From positions 2,051 to 66,050 of the forward strand of contig JAFUQQ010000012.1 of the NCBI GenBank assembly GCA_017472285.1: a DNA stretch of 64,000 nucleotides. Reading direction: 5' to 3'. The stretch is from Clostridia bacterium. Lineage in GTDB: Bacteria; Bacillota; Clostridia; Oscillospirales; CAG-272. The position numbers and the translations under genes are program-made. Under the pieces are notes generated by a model that made no database searches, was not told the DNA's origin, and saw only the letters and a program-made list of their open reading frames with translations. This document shows, one piece after another, positions 1-8,691 of the stretch (the first letter of the stretch is position 1; each line of letters begins with the position of its first letter).

Positions 1-656
1 ATCGTAATATTCTCTTTGAGTATCAACCCACTCGAAACGGTGATCATGCCAAACGTTTTCTTGGGGATTTCTCGGGATATCTTGTTTGCGACGGCTTCGA
101 CGGTTACAACAAGTTGGATACCGTCAAACGCTGCGGATGTTTTGCTCATGTGCGCCGCAAATTTGTCGATGCCTTGCCGCTCGATGAAGCCGCAATCGAA
201 ACATCGGTGTCAGCAATTGGTGTAGCGTGGTGCAACAAAATTTTTGTTTTAGAGCGTGAAATGGCAGAGCTTTCTTCCGAAGAACGCACAATCAAACGGC
301 AGGAGCAAATGAAACCGGCTCTTGACGGCTTTTTCGCATGGGTTGAATCCGTAACCGCCGCCGGTGGTACGAAACTATCTAAGGCTATTCAGTATGCTAA
401 GAATGAGAAGAAATATCTCTACACGTTCTTAGAACATCCGGACGCTCCCATCGATAACAATCGAGCAGAAAACGCAATTCGCCCGTTTTGTGTCGGCCGA
501 AAAAATTGGCTCTTTTCGACTTCGCCCAAAGGAGCAGAAGCGAGCGCCGTCATCTATTCTGTTGCCGCTACCGCATGTGCGAACGGATTGAACATTGAAG
601 ACTATCTCACGAACGTTTTTAAATCGCACGGCAACGAATTGCCTTTGCCGAGATAA
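1..656 (+). CDS. IS66-family transposase, C-terminal portion (5' end outside window)
   Basis: Frame 3 is open from base 3: RNILFEYQPTRNGDHAKRFLGDFSGYLVCDGFDGYNKLDTVKRCGCFAHVRRKF...DNNRAENAIRPFCVGRKNWLFS, typical IS66 TnpC core and C-terminal motifs. Track ORF 114..656 is only the internal-Met version. GGGCTTAC at 712-719 resembles the IS66 terminal repeat. Confidence 0.85.
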   Translation, partial: RNILFEYQPTRNGDHAKRFLGDFSGYLVCDGFDGYNKLDTVKRCGCFAHVRRKFVDALPLDEAAIETSVSAIGVAWCNKIFVLEREMAELSSEERTIKRQEQMKPALDGFFAWVESVTAAGGTKLSKAIQYAKNEKKYLYTFLEHPDAPIDNNRAENAIRPFCVGRKNWLFSTSPKGAEASAVIYSVAATACANGLNIEDYLTNVFKSHGNELPLPR

Positions 657-848
657 CATGTCAACTGACGATTCAGGGGCTTTTTCAGGTTATGGTACGG
701 GGTGTTATTTTGGGCTTACGCTTGAACTTGTCTAAGAAGATTGAATTGAGAAGCTTATGATTACAGATTTTACGGTGGCTATTGCAGGAAAAAGCGTTTG
801 AATGAGATGAAATGAGCGATCGTTGAATAAAATATTTAAGAGTTATTC

Positions 849-877
849 TTGACAATATAACGGTAAGGCGTTATAAT
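849..877 (+). promoter_or_regulatory. sigma-A type promoter
   Basis: TTGACA (849-854), 17-nt spacer, TATAAT (872-877), 25 nt upstream of ATG 903. Confidence 0.6.
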
Positions 878-902
878 ATAGATGATGAAAGGAGGATTTG
901 AT

Positions 903-1469
903 ATGCTTGAAAAAAGATTATCCGATAAGAATATGTCAATATATATGTGTTCCAAGCAAAGTGGAATCCCTTATACAACCTTGTCTGAGGTAATAAGAGG
1001 GAAAACTAAACTTGAAAAATGTTCTGCTGAAACGGTATATAGACTCGCAAAAGTGTTAGATGTATCAATGGAAGATTTATTAAGTGATTGCATGGAACCA
1101 CGTTCAAATTTTGAGATTTTCAAGAGTAATGTATGCCATGCGGTAAAAGATAAAGGTGATTTTGATTTTATTGTTGACGTTTTGCAGAGCGATGATATTA
1201 GTCGCTATTGGAATAAAAAATGGTATCCCGAAGCTTTTTACTTGCTTGCGATGATCGATTACCTGAGCAGGATCAATGATATTCCTTTGTGTACTAAGTA
1301 TGATAATATGCGGGTATGCTCACTTGATCGCACAATTTATCCCAAAGATGTATTGATGACATATAAGTTAAGTGAAGAACTTGATGTAAGGGAACAAAGC
1401 AAACAAGAGGCGATTCCTGAGTTTTTAAGATTTAATATTGTAGAAAGTGAGGTAAGAAATGTCATTTGA
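903..1469 (+). CDS. XRE-family HTH protein with C-terminal extension
   Basis: RBS AAAGGAGG 888-895, ATG 903. N-terminal HTH segment GIPYTTLSEVIRGKTKLEKCSAETVYRLAKVLDVSMEDLL. The 3' end overlaps the next gene start (1459 vs 1469). Confidence 0.7.
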   Translation: MLEKRLSDKNMSIYMCSKQSGIPYTTLSEVIRGKTKLEKCSAETVYRLAKVLDVSMEDLLSDCMEPRSNFEIFKSNVCHAVKDKGDFDFIVDVLQSDDISRYWNKKWYPEAFYLLAMIDYLSRINDIPLCTKYDNMRVCSLDRTIYPKDVLMTYKLSEELDVREQSKQEAIPEFLRFNIVESEVRNVI

Positions 1470-2190
1470 GATTCCTTTTACGAAGGATAATTTAGATTTC
1501 TATTTGAAAGAACTTGCGAAAGAATATAAAAAGCAGGCGCGAGGAATGGATGCAGAATTGATATTAATTGGCGGTGCTTCGGTACTGATCAATTATGGAT
1601 TTCGTGAAATGACATATGATATCGATGCAGTTATTGCAGCGCCGTCGGTCATGAAAGATGCAATTAACACCGTAGGTGATCGTCATAATTTGCCGAACGG
1701 TTGGCTAAATGCAGATTTCAAGAACACAATTTCTTATTCTCCGAAGCTGGCGAGATATTCTGAATATTACAGAACGTATGCGAACGTCCTGCAAATTCGT
1801 ACAGTTCGTGCGGAATATCTTGTGGCAATGAAGTTAGTTTCAGGTAGAAAATATAAAAAAGATTTATCCGATATTGTAGGTGTTTTGTATGAACAACAAC
1901 GTGCTGGAAACCCATTGACCTATGAATTGATCGATAAAGCCATGAATGATCTATATGATGGATGGGATCATGTGTCGGATTATGCAAAAGATTTGCTGAA
2001 TATCGCATTGAAATCTGAACATTTGGATAAATTATTCGTTGAATTAAGCGAAGATGAAGCAACTGCAAAGGCTGCTTTGCTTGAAATGGACAAGAAATAT
2101 CCTAATGTGGTGAACAAAGATAATGTGAATGATATTATTGCAATTGCTATGGCAAAGAAAAAGAAACGCGAAGAAAGAGAAGAACGGTAA
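1459..2190 (+). CDS. nucleotidyltransferase-fold protein (DUF6036-like)
   Basis: ELILIGGASVLINYGFREMTYDIDAVI plus RAEYLVAMKLVSGRKYKKDLSDIVGVL resemble the minimal NTase/DUF6036 pattern. Translationally coupled to the HTH gene. Confidence 0.5.
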   Translation: MSFEIPFTKDNLDFYLKELAKEYKKQARGMDAELILIGGASVLINYGFREMTYDIDAVIAAPSVMKDAINTVGDRHNLPNGWLNADFKNTISYSPKLARYSEYYRTYANVLQIRTVRAEYLVAMKLVSGRKYKKDLSDIVGVLYEQQRAGNPLTYELIDKAMNDLYDGWDHVSDYAKDLLNIALKSEHLDKLFVELSEDEATAKAALLEMDKKYPNVVNKDNVNDIIAIAMAKKKKREEREER

Positions 2191-2197
2191 ATATATC

Positions 2198-2229
2198 AGC
2201 CGAGTAGACGAAAGTTTACTCGGCTTTTT
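2198..2229 (+). terminator. rho-independent terminator
   Basis: AGCCGAGTA / TACTCGGCT stem followed by TTTTT, 8 nt after stop at 2190. Confidence 0.7.
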
Positions 2230-2258
2230 CTATGCCAAAAAGAAGGGAGGTAGATAAG

Positions 2259-2516
2259 ATGAAATATGGAATAGCAGTACGAATTGTGGAAACGGGATAT
2301 GTGGAAATAGAAGCGGAGTGCGAAGCAGAAGCGAAAGCGATTGCCGAGGGCGATGCGATGGAAGGTCTTGTCCTATTCCATGACGTACAAGTTTTGGACA
2401 GTACAGTCGAAAGTATCATTGATGAAAGTGAGGAAGAAACCAAAAATGCAAAACGAAAAAGACGTGCTTCTTGCCGAACTCCGCGAAAAAATGGAACGGG
2501 AAATGAAGCAATATGA
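2259..2516 (+). CDS. small acidic conjugative-element protein (hypothetical)
   Basis: RBS AAGGGAGG then ATG 2259 (MKYGIAVRIVETGYVEIEAECEAEAKAIAEG...). The 3' end overlaps the next ORF in another frame, so the end is uncertain. Confidence 0.4.
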   Translation: MKYGIAVRIVETGYVEIEAECEAEAKAIAEGDAMEGLVLFHDVQVLDSTVESIIDESEEETKNAKRKRRASCRTPRKNGTGNEAI

Positions 2517-2802
2517 AGAAAAACTGATTGCGATGCCACCTGAAAGGATCTTGGAAGAAGCGTATCACTACACCATTTATCGTGAGATTTCCTGTCTTAT
2601 GGAGGAAAGTGATCTGAACGCAAGACAGCTTCGTGCGCTTTTGAAGTCGGAAAATCCGATGGCAGAGATCTATGCACGATGGCTGGATACGGAGATTTCT
2701 TTTTCCGAAGAAGTCAGATCGGTCATTCGTATGGAGGCAACCGCGATCATTCATGCAGAAATGTTGCTTCATCGCAAGCGCGATGAGCGCGACGCAAGGT
2801 GA
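2446..2802 (+). CDS. DUF3848-like conjugative-element protein
   Basis: Internal Met of track ORF 2341..2802: MQNEKDVLLAELREKMEREMKQYEEKLIAMPPERILEEAYHYTIYREI, which matches my recollection of the DUF3848 pattern. Unverified. Confidence 0.45.
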   Translation: MQNEKDVLLAELREKMEREMKQYEEKLIAMPPERILEEAYHYTIYREISCLMEESDLNARQLRALLKSENPMAEIYARWLDTEISFSEEVRSVIRMEATAIIHAEMLLHRKRDERDAR

Positions 2803-2807
2803 TTCGG

Positions 2808-3761
2808 ATGGCTTACGTAACAGAATCAGAGATTGAGAAGGCGAGGAAACTCGACCTTTTTTCATATCTGCAAGTAAAAGAACCGCAGGAGCTTGTGCGG
2901 TGCGGACGAGATGAATACTGCACCAAGACACACGATTCTCTCCGCATTTCCAACGGAAAATGGTTTTGGTGGTCGCGTGGAATCGGCGGTGTCAGCGCAC
3001 TTGACTATCTCGTAAAGGTGAAAGGCATCGACTTTGTTTCGGCGGTAACGTATTTGAATGGGGTTTCAGAAATCCCTCGCATATACGTTTCCGAGAAGAA
3101 AGTGGCACAGAAGATATATCTTCCGCCATGCAATTACCGATGTCAGACCGTGAAACCGTATCTTCTCTCACGCGGAATTGACGGCGAGATTGTCGATATA
3201 TTCATCGAAAACAAGCAGATAGCAGAGGACAGCGAAACGGGATATGCACTTTTCTTTGGCAAAGATGACGAGGGAAATGTGCGCCAATGCTCCGTTCGTG
3301 CAACGGACGGAAGCGTTTGTAAGAAGGAAGTGGCAGGTAGTGATCGTGGATTTTGCTTTCATTACTCGGCAGAAAAAGAGCCAAAAGCTTTGCGCGTGTT
3401 TGAAAGTGCGATTGATCTGATGTCCTTTATGACCTTGGAAAAGAGAAGCGGCAAACCGCTTTGCGGTGCATACCTTTCGCTTTCGGGTGTGTATATGCCG
3501 AAGAAAAATATCGAAGAAAGCAAGCTCCCAAAGGCTTTGCAAACCTATCTTGAAAAGAATCCGATAGAAGAAATTACGCTCCATCTGGATGCAGATTTTG
3601 CAGGAAGACACGGTGCAGAAGCAATTTGTACGATTCTTGACGGGAAATACGATGTGAAATACGTTCCGCCTCCGAGCGGAAAAGACTTCAATGAGTATCT
3701 GCAAAGTCGATGTAGGAGTAGAGAAAAAGTATTAAGAAAACGTGAAGAAATGGAAAGATGA
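2808..3761 (+). CDS. DUF3991/Toprim domain protein (primase-like, ICE-associated)
   Basis: AAGGTGA RBS then ATG 2808. LDLFSYLQ...THDSLRISNGKWFWWSRGIGGVSALDYLVKVKG (DUF3991-like) and C-terminal VFESAIDLMSF...LHLDADFAGR (Toprim-like). Confidence 0.7.
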   Translation: MAYVTESEIEKARKLDLFSYLQVKEPQELVRCGRDEYCTKTHDSLRISNGKWFWWSRGIGGVSALDYLVKVKGIDFVSAVTYLNGVSEIPRIYVSEKKVAQKIYLPPCNYRCQTVKPYLLSRGIDGEIVDIFIENKQIAEDSETGYALFFGKDDEGNVRQCSVRATDGSVCKKEVAGSDRGFCFHYSAEKEPKALRVFESAIDLMSFMTLEKRSGKPLCGAYLSLSGVYMPKKNIEESKLPKALQTYLEKNPIEEITLHLDADFAGRHGAEAICTILDGKYDVKYVPPPSGKDFNEYLQSRCRSREKVLRKREEMER

Positions 3762-3800
3762 GGTGAAAAAAAGAGGGGTGAAAAAGGTCTGCAAATCTTA

Positions 3801-3850
3801 ACAAGCACTGAATTGTGATATCACAATTCGCTTGTGAGGGGAAAATCCCC
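3801..3850. other. candidate oriT (inverted repeats upstream of mobC-relaxase)
   Basis: Perfect 20-bp palindrome GAATTGTGATATCACAATTC at 3810-3829, extendable to ACAAGC..GCTTGT arms. GGGGAAAATCCCC follows at 3838-3850, in the gap before MobC. Confidence 0.4.
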
Positions 3851-3867
3851 TAAAACCCCTTGCAAAT

Positions 3868-4179
3868 ATGAAAAAAGAGAAAGCAATTATTATCAGACTC
3901 ACAAGAGCAGATTTTGATCGTTTGAACGCGCTTGCCCATGTTACGGGGCTTTCCCGCGAGGAATATGCGCGAAGACTCTTTTTAGGTGCGCCGGTCAAAG
4001 AAAATCCGCCCGCCGACTATGGCGAAATACTCCGTGAGCTTCGTTGTATCGGACGCAATGTTGACCAAATTCTTGTAAAAGCAAGATCGCTTGGTTTTAT
4101 TGACAACGTACTTTGCCAAGACGTGGCGAACAGCGTTTTCCAGATGGAGAAAATGTTCCGAAAAACATTTTCCAAGTGA
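3868..4179 (+). CDS. mobC: MobC-family relaxosome accessory protein
   Basis: IIRLTRADFDRLNALAHVTGLSREEYARRLFLG...LRELRCIGRNVDQI, typical MobC ribbon-helix-helix pattern, directly upstream of the relaxase. Confidence 0.75.
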   Translation: MKKEKAIIIRLTRADFDRLNALAHVTGLSREEYARRLFLGAPVKENPPADYGEILRELRCIGRNVDQILVKARSLGFIDNVLCQDVANSVFQMEKMFRKTFSK

Positions 4180-4186
4180 GGTCTAT

Positions 4187-5545
4187 GTGGCAGTAACAGC
4201 AATATGGAGCGTCAAGGGAAATGTGGAAACGGTCATTCGATACACCGCAAATCCGAGTAAGACTTGGAATGAGAACTATGAAGAGGCGGCGTCTTACCAT
4301 GCGCTTGAAAATGTAATGACCTATTCCGCCGATGAAATGAAAACGGAAAAACAACTTTACGTTTCAGGTGTGAATTGTTCGGAAATCCCCGCAGTTGCTG
4401 TCGATCAATTTCATGATACCAAAAGGGCGCATAAGAAAGAGGGCGGTATCGTTTGCTTTCATGGATACCAATCATTTCGTCCCGGTGAGGTGACACCTGA
4501 ACTTGCACACAAGATCGGTGTTGAGCTTGCTAAGCGTTTGTGGGGAGATCGGTTTGAGGTTTTGGTTAGCTCCCATCTTAACACGGGTGTGATTCACAAC
4601 CATTTCTGTCTGAATAGCATTTCGTTTGTGGACGGACTTCGGTATTACGATCAAAAGAAAACCTATGCCCGTATGCGTGAGGTGTCTGATGAACTTTGCC
4701 GTGAATACGGACTATCCGTGATTGAGAACCCCGGACGCGGTAGCCGTTCCATCGGTGAGATCAAAGCGGAGGCAGAGGGCAGATATACCGTTCGCGGTCA
4801 GATTCGTAATGACATAGATTTTGCCATTTCACAGAATACCACGCAGAAGCAGTTTTATCGGACGATGGAGAGCCTTGGATATATCTTTGAGCGCCGAGGC
4901 AGTTTCCTTCGTATCCGTCCCGATGGCGGCAAGAAGTGGTTTCGTCTTGACCGACTTGGCGAAGGATATGGAGAATCAGATATTAACGAACGGCTTTTTG
5001 AGAGATGGAAAAGCGGAAAGCGTTCGCAGTACCGACCGTTTATGCCAAATCCGAGAGAGAAGCCGAAAGGACTTCAAGCGCTGTATCTCTACTATCTGTA
5101 TCTTCTCGGTGAGCTTCCGAAAACGAAGCCGAACCGAAAAGTGATCTATGAAGCCCTGCGCGATGACAAGCGCCGAGCGCATATGTATAGCGAAGAAGCA
5201 AAACTGCTCGGTAAATATGACATTAACACCGATGAGGATCTGAAGCGTTTTACCGAGGGTATCAGCAATTCCTATGAGGTGCTTGCGGTCAATCGTCAGG
5301 AACTTCGCAACAAACTTCGTAAGATGAATGATAGCGAGAAGATGATGCCGATCAAAGCAGAGATCGCGAGAATCACCGATGAGATGGCGGTGTACCGAAA
5401 ACAAATGAAGCTATGCGAGGACATCGCACTCCGAAGCGGTGCGATAGAAGCAGTAGTCAACAAGATATATGAATCAGAAATTCAAATGGAAAAACCAATA
5501 GAAAGGAAAGAACAAGAACATGAATACAAGCGGAGAAGCCGCTGA
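4187..5545 (+). CDS. MobA/VirD2-family relaxase
   Basis: GTG 4187 follows GTGAGG and the MobC stop. The track start 4091 would overlap MobC. HGYQSFRPGE and the histidine cluster HLNTGVIHNHFCLNS (HxDxxHxH-like) are present. Confidence 0.8.
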   Translation: MAVTAIWSVKGNVETVIRYTANPSKTWNENYEEAASYHALENVMTYSADEMKTEKQLYVSGVNCSEIPAVAVDQFHDTKRAHKKEGGIVCFHGYQSFRPGEVTPELAHKIGVELAKRLWGDRFEVLVSSHLNTGVIHNHFCLNSISFVDGLRYYDQKKTYARMREVSDELCREYGLSVIENPGRGSRSIGEIKAEAEGRYTVRGQIRNDIDFAISQNTTQKQFYRTMESLGYIFERRGSFLRIRPDGGKKWFRLDRLGEGYGESDINERLFERWKSGKRSQYRPFMPNPREKPKGLQALYLYYLYLLGELPKTKPNRKVIYEALRDDKRRAHMYSEEAKLLGKYDINTDEDLKRFTEGISNSYEVLAVNRQELRNKLRKMNDSEKMMPIKAEIARITDEMAVYRKQMKLCEDIALRSGAIEAVVNKIYESEIQMEKPIERKEQEHEYKRRSR

Positions 5546-6320
5546 TCAAGTGATGCGTATGATGCTGGAGGGGACGGAAGTTCTCATCAAGCTGTCGGGC
5601 AAGGGCGCGGAAAGAGCCTTTGCCCTTGTATATACCACATTTCGTCAGCAGAAGAAAACTCAAGGCGCGATCAAACTCAGTAATATGCTGCGTTCGGGAA
5701 CGCCTGTAAAGGTCTTTACGTTTCATGAGAGAGACCTTGCAAAATTTAAGGAAGTTGCAAAACAGTACGGTATCCTTTACACGATACTCAAAGAGAAGGA
5801 CAAGACGGGCGGTGTGTTTGACGTATTCGTCCGCGCGGACGATGAAAGCAAAATTCAGAGAATCTCCGAACGCTTTGGTCTTGCACGAATTGATTCCGCA
5901 ACACTCAAAACCGAATTGATAAAAGAGAAAGCGGCGCGCGAAGCATCTGCGGTGGAAACCGAGCAGAAGAAGTCAGAGGTGTCCGAGCCTGTGGATAAGC
6001 AAGCGCATGAAACTGCAGTTGCAGATGATCTTTTAAGTCAAGAGGTGCATGAGGAACGTGTAAACCCCGACGTGGCTCGAACGGACGAAAAAGAAGTCCC
6101 CGCGCAGAAGCAATTACCGTTGAATCCCCCTCCGTTCGAGCCTACCTCCGAAATCATAAGCGAACTTATGGGTGAAGATAGGGAACTATCCCATCGGAAA
6201 AAGCCGTCTGTGAGAAAGAAGCTTGACGAGATCAAAAAAGAGCAAGCGAAACAGAAAAAGACGGAAGTACTCGAACGAAAGAAAACGCGCGGCAAAAAGA
6301 AAAAACACAAAGAACGATAA
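5520..6320 (+). CDS. PcfB/DUF3801 family protein
   Basis: LEGTEVLIKLSGKGAERAFALVY...LRSGTPVKVFTFHERDLAKFKEVAKQYGILYTILKEKDK...VFVRADDESKIQRI, then a low-complexity K/E-rich tail. Confidence 0.75.
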   Translation: MNTSGEAADQVMRMMLEGTEVLIKLSGKGAERAFALVYTTFRQQKKTQGAIKLSNMLRSGTPVKVFTFHERDLAKFKEVAKQYGILYTILKEKDKTGGVFDVFVRADDESKIQRISERFGLARIDSATLKTELIKEKAAREASAVETEQKKSEVSEPVDKQAHETAVADDLLSQEVHEERVNPDVARTDEKEVPAQKQLPLNPPPFEPTSEIISELMGEDRELSHRKKPSVRKKLDEIKKEQAKQKKTEVLERKKTRGKKKKHKER

Positions 6321-6335
6321 GAAAGGAAGAACAGA

Positions 6336-6857
6336 ATGGAAAATTTGGATGAACTCATGAATCAGAGTAAGGCGAAGCCTTCTCAAAACAAGACCTATGC
6401 CGGTAAAGGCGAATCGATCAAGGAAAAGAAGGACCGATGTCAGGCGATGATCGACGAGATGTACGCGGAGGTTCTGAAAACGCCTGACCGTTTGATGGCA
6501 TACCTCGATGTGCAGAGCAGACTTTCTGCTTATTCGGTCGGCAACCAGCTTCTGATCTTGAAGCAGAAGCCGAATGCCACAAAACTGAAAACCTTTGATG
6601 CATGGAAAAAAGAAGAAGTCAACGTCAAAAAGGGTGCAAAGGGAATGATGATCTTGGAACCTAAGCCCTATAAGACAAAGGACGGGAAGACAGGGACATC
6701 TTTTGATCCCAAGACGGTCTTTGATATTTCCGATACCACGGCAGAGGTGGCATTACACGAAGCCGAATTACCGCAGACGAGAAGAACACGGTTCTGCCAA
6801 ATGGGGCGATGTAAAAGCGGTGGACAAGAAGTATCGGCAGGAGCCGATGGAGAATAA
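6336..6857 (+). CDS. ArdC-N-like (ssDNA-binding, DUF1738-like) protein, possibly a truncated fusion remnant
   Basis: YSVGNQLLILKQKPNATKLKTFDAWKKEEVNVKKGAKGMMILEP...VFDISDT resembles the ArdC N-terminal domain. The 3' tail overlaps the T4CP frame by ~155 nt. Confidence 0.4.
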   Translation: MENLDELMNQSKAKPSQNKTYAGKGESIKEKKDRCQAMIDEMYAEVLKTPDRLMAYLDVQSRLSAYSVGNQLLILKQKPNATKLKTFDAWKKEEVNVKKGAKGMMILEPKPYKTKDGKTGTSFDPKTVFDISDTTAEVALHEAELPQTRRTRFCQMGRCKSGGQEVSAGADGE

Positions 6858-8361
6858 CCGTATTTTAACGCAGAATCTTTCCATCGGCTACAACAGCCGA
6901 GAGCATAGGAGAAATCTCAATACCCTCATCGTCGGCGGTAGCGGTTCTGGCAAGACCTTTCATTATGCCAAGCCCAATCTGCTGATGGCAAACACAAGCT
7001 TTGTGTGCTTAGACGTTAAGGGCGAGATCTTACGCGATACGGGAAACGTATTGAGAGAAAACGGATATGAGATTCGCGTATTTGACCTTATCAATATGGA
7101 AAAGAGTCATGGGTATAACCCTTTCGTGTATTTGGATAGCGATAACGATGTGCAGCGGTTGGTAACGAACCTTTTCAAAAGTACAACGCCGAAAGGTACG
7201 CAGTCGCAAGATCCTTTTTGGGATACGGCGGCTTCGATGCTTTTGCTTGCGCTCATCTTTTATCTCAAATATGAAGCCCCCGAAGAGGAACAGAACTTTG
7301 CGATGGTCATGGAAATGCTTCGTGCGGGTGAAGTGGACGAGATGGAAGAGAGTAAGCCAAGTGCGCTTGACGCTTTGTTTGCAGACCTCGAAAGAAAACA
7401 GCCTTATCATATTGCGCTGAAATATTACAAGGCGTATCGAACGGGTTCGGAAAAAACGCTGAAATCCATTCAGATTACATTGATGTCAAAGCTGGAAAAA
7501 TTCAATCTTGATAGCCTTTCTTTTCTTACCGAAGTCGATGAGTTAGATCTTCGCAGTATGGGGGAAAAGAAAGTGGCATTATTTGCGCTGATTCCCGATA
7601 ACGATACGAGCTTTAACTTTTTGGTTTCGATACTTTACACACAGCTATTTCAGCAACTATTCTATGTGGCTGACCATATATACGGCGGTTCGCTCCCTGT
7701 TCCCGTTCATTTCATGATGGACGAGTTCGCAAATGTCGCGCTCCCCGATGATTTTGAAAAAATACTTTCCGTTATGCGTTCTCGCAACGTGTCGGTGAGC
7801 ATCATCTTGCAGAATCTTTCACAGTTAAAGGCGCTCTTTGAAAAGCAATGGGAGAGTATTGTCGGTAACTGTGATGAGTTTGTCTATCTTGGGGGGAATG
7901 AGCAGTCCACGCACAAATACGTTTCGGAACTAATCGGCAAGGAAACCATCGACACCAATAGTTTCGGTAAAAGCGATGGTATGCGAGGAAACTTCTCAAC
8001 GAATTATCAGGTTGCGGGACGAGAACTGCTGACACCCGATGAGGTTCGTATGCTTGATAATCGCTATGCCATCGTTCTGATTCGCGGTGAGCGTCCCGTT
8101 ATGGATGTGAAATACGATATTTTCAAACATCCGAACATTTCCCTCAGCGCGATTGGCGGCGGGGAAGTATACCGTCACGGAAAGGAACGTCTTGCAGCTT
8201 GCGGTATCACCATTGTGAATCTTGCGGATTATCCCGGTAAGCAGATGAAGGATTTTCCGCTGATGGAAAGCGTGGTCGAAGATATTGAAGCTTATGACCA
8301 AGATGAACTTGAAATTTATATTAGTCTAAAGGAGAATATGGAAAATGAAAAAAAGAAATAA
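6847..8361 (+). CDS. VirD4/TraG-type coupling protein (CD1115-like), lacking N-terminal TM region
   Basis: Walker A LIVGGSGSGKTFHYAKPN, plus FVCLDVKGE, YNPFVYL and MMDEFANV. Homology-like sequence (EEHGSAKWGD) continues upstream in-frame to ~6772 without a start codon. First ATG after it is 6847. Confidence 0.8.
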   Translation: MENNRILTQNLSIGYNSREHRRNLNTLIVGGSGSGKTFHYAKPNLLMANTSFVCLDVKGEILRDTGNVLRENGYEIRVFDLINMEKSHGYNPFVYLDSDNDVQRLVTNLFKSTTPKGTQSQDPFWDTAASMLLLALIFYLKYEAPEEEQNFAMVMEMLRAGEVDEMEESKPSALDALFADLERKQPYHIALKYYKAYRTGSEKTLKSIQITLMSKLEKFNLDSLSFLTEVDELDLRSMGEKKVALFALIPDNDTSFNFLVSILYTQLFQQLFYVADHIYGGSLPVPVHFMMDEFANVALPDDFEKILSVMRSRNVSVSIILQNLSQLKALFEKQWESIVGNCDEFVYLGGNEQSTHKYVSELIGKETIDTNSFGKSDGMRGNFSTNYQVAGRELLTPDEVRMLDNRYAIVLIRGERPVMDVKYDIFKHPNISLSAIGGGEVYRHGKERLAACGITIVNLADYPGKQMKDFPLMESVVEDIEAYDQDELEIYISLKENMENEKKK

Positions 8362-8680
8362 CAATATGCCGACGGGTGTGAAAAAACTTTTGAAGGCGTG
8401 GACTTGCCTTGTACTGGTCCTTTGCATGATCGGCTCTCTTACGCTCGTTTGCTTGGCGGATGATGCCAGCGATCCGATTACGGTAATCAACAATTTGTCG
8501 GACTTTATGTTCGGTCTGATCCGTGCGGTCGGTATGATTATCATGGGCTTTGCGGTGGTGCAGATCGGTCTGTCTTTGAAATCCCACGATCCGACACAGA
8601 GAGCGAACGGCTTTTTGACCTTGGCAGGCGGTGTAGTCATTACCTTTGCCAAAGAAATTTTGAACCTCATTACAGGATAA
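8345..8680 (+). CDS. Maff2-family small membrane protein
   Basis: Signal/TM segment, then DPITVINNLSDFMFGLIRAVGMIIMGFAVVQIGLSLKSHDPTQRANGF, the typical Maff2 pattern in this ICE family. Confidence 0.7.
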   Translation: MKKRNNNMPTGVKKLLKAWTCLVLVLCMIGSLTLVCLADDASDPITVINNLSDFMFGLIRAVGMIIMGFAVVQIGLSLKSHDPTQRANGFLTLAGGVVITFAKEILNLITG

Positions 8681-8691
8681 CGAGGTGAGCC

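Noticed and set aside
2416-2931. 171-aa minus-strand ORF
   Set aside because: It is antisense to two + strand ICE genes in a uniformly + strand operon, with no RBS or motifs.
4091-4186. 5' extension of the relaxase ORF (track start 4091)
   Set aside because: It would overlap almost a third of MobC in another frame. GTG 4187, right after the MobC stop and a GTGAGG RBS-like sequence, gives the typical relaxase N-terminus.
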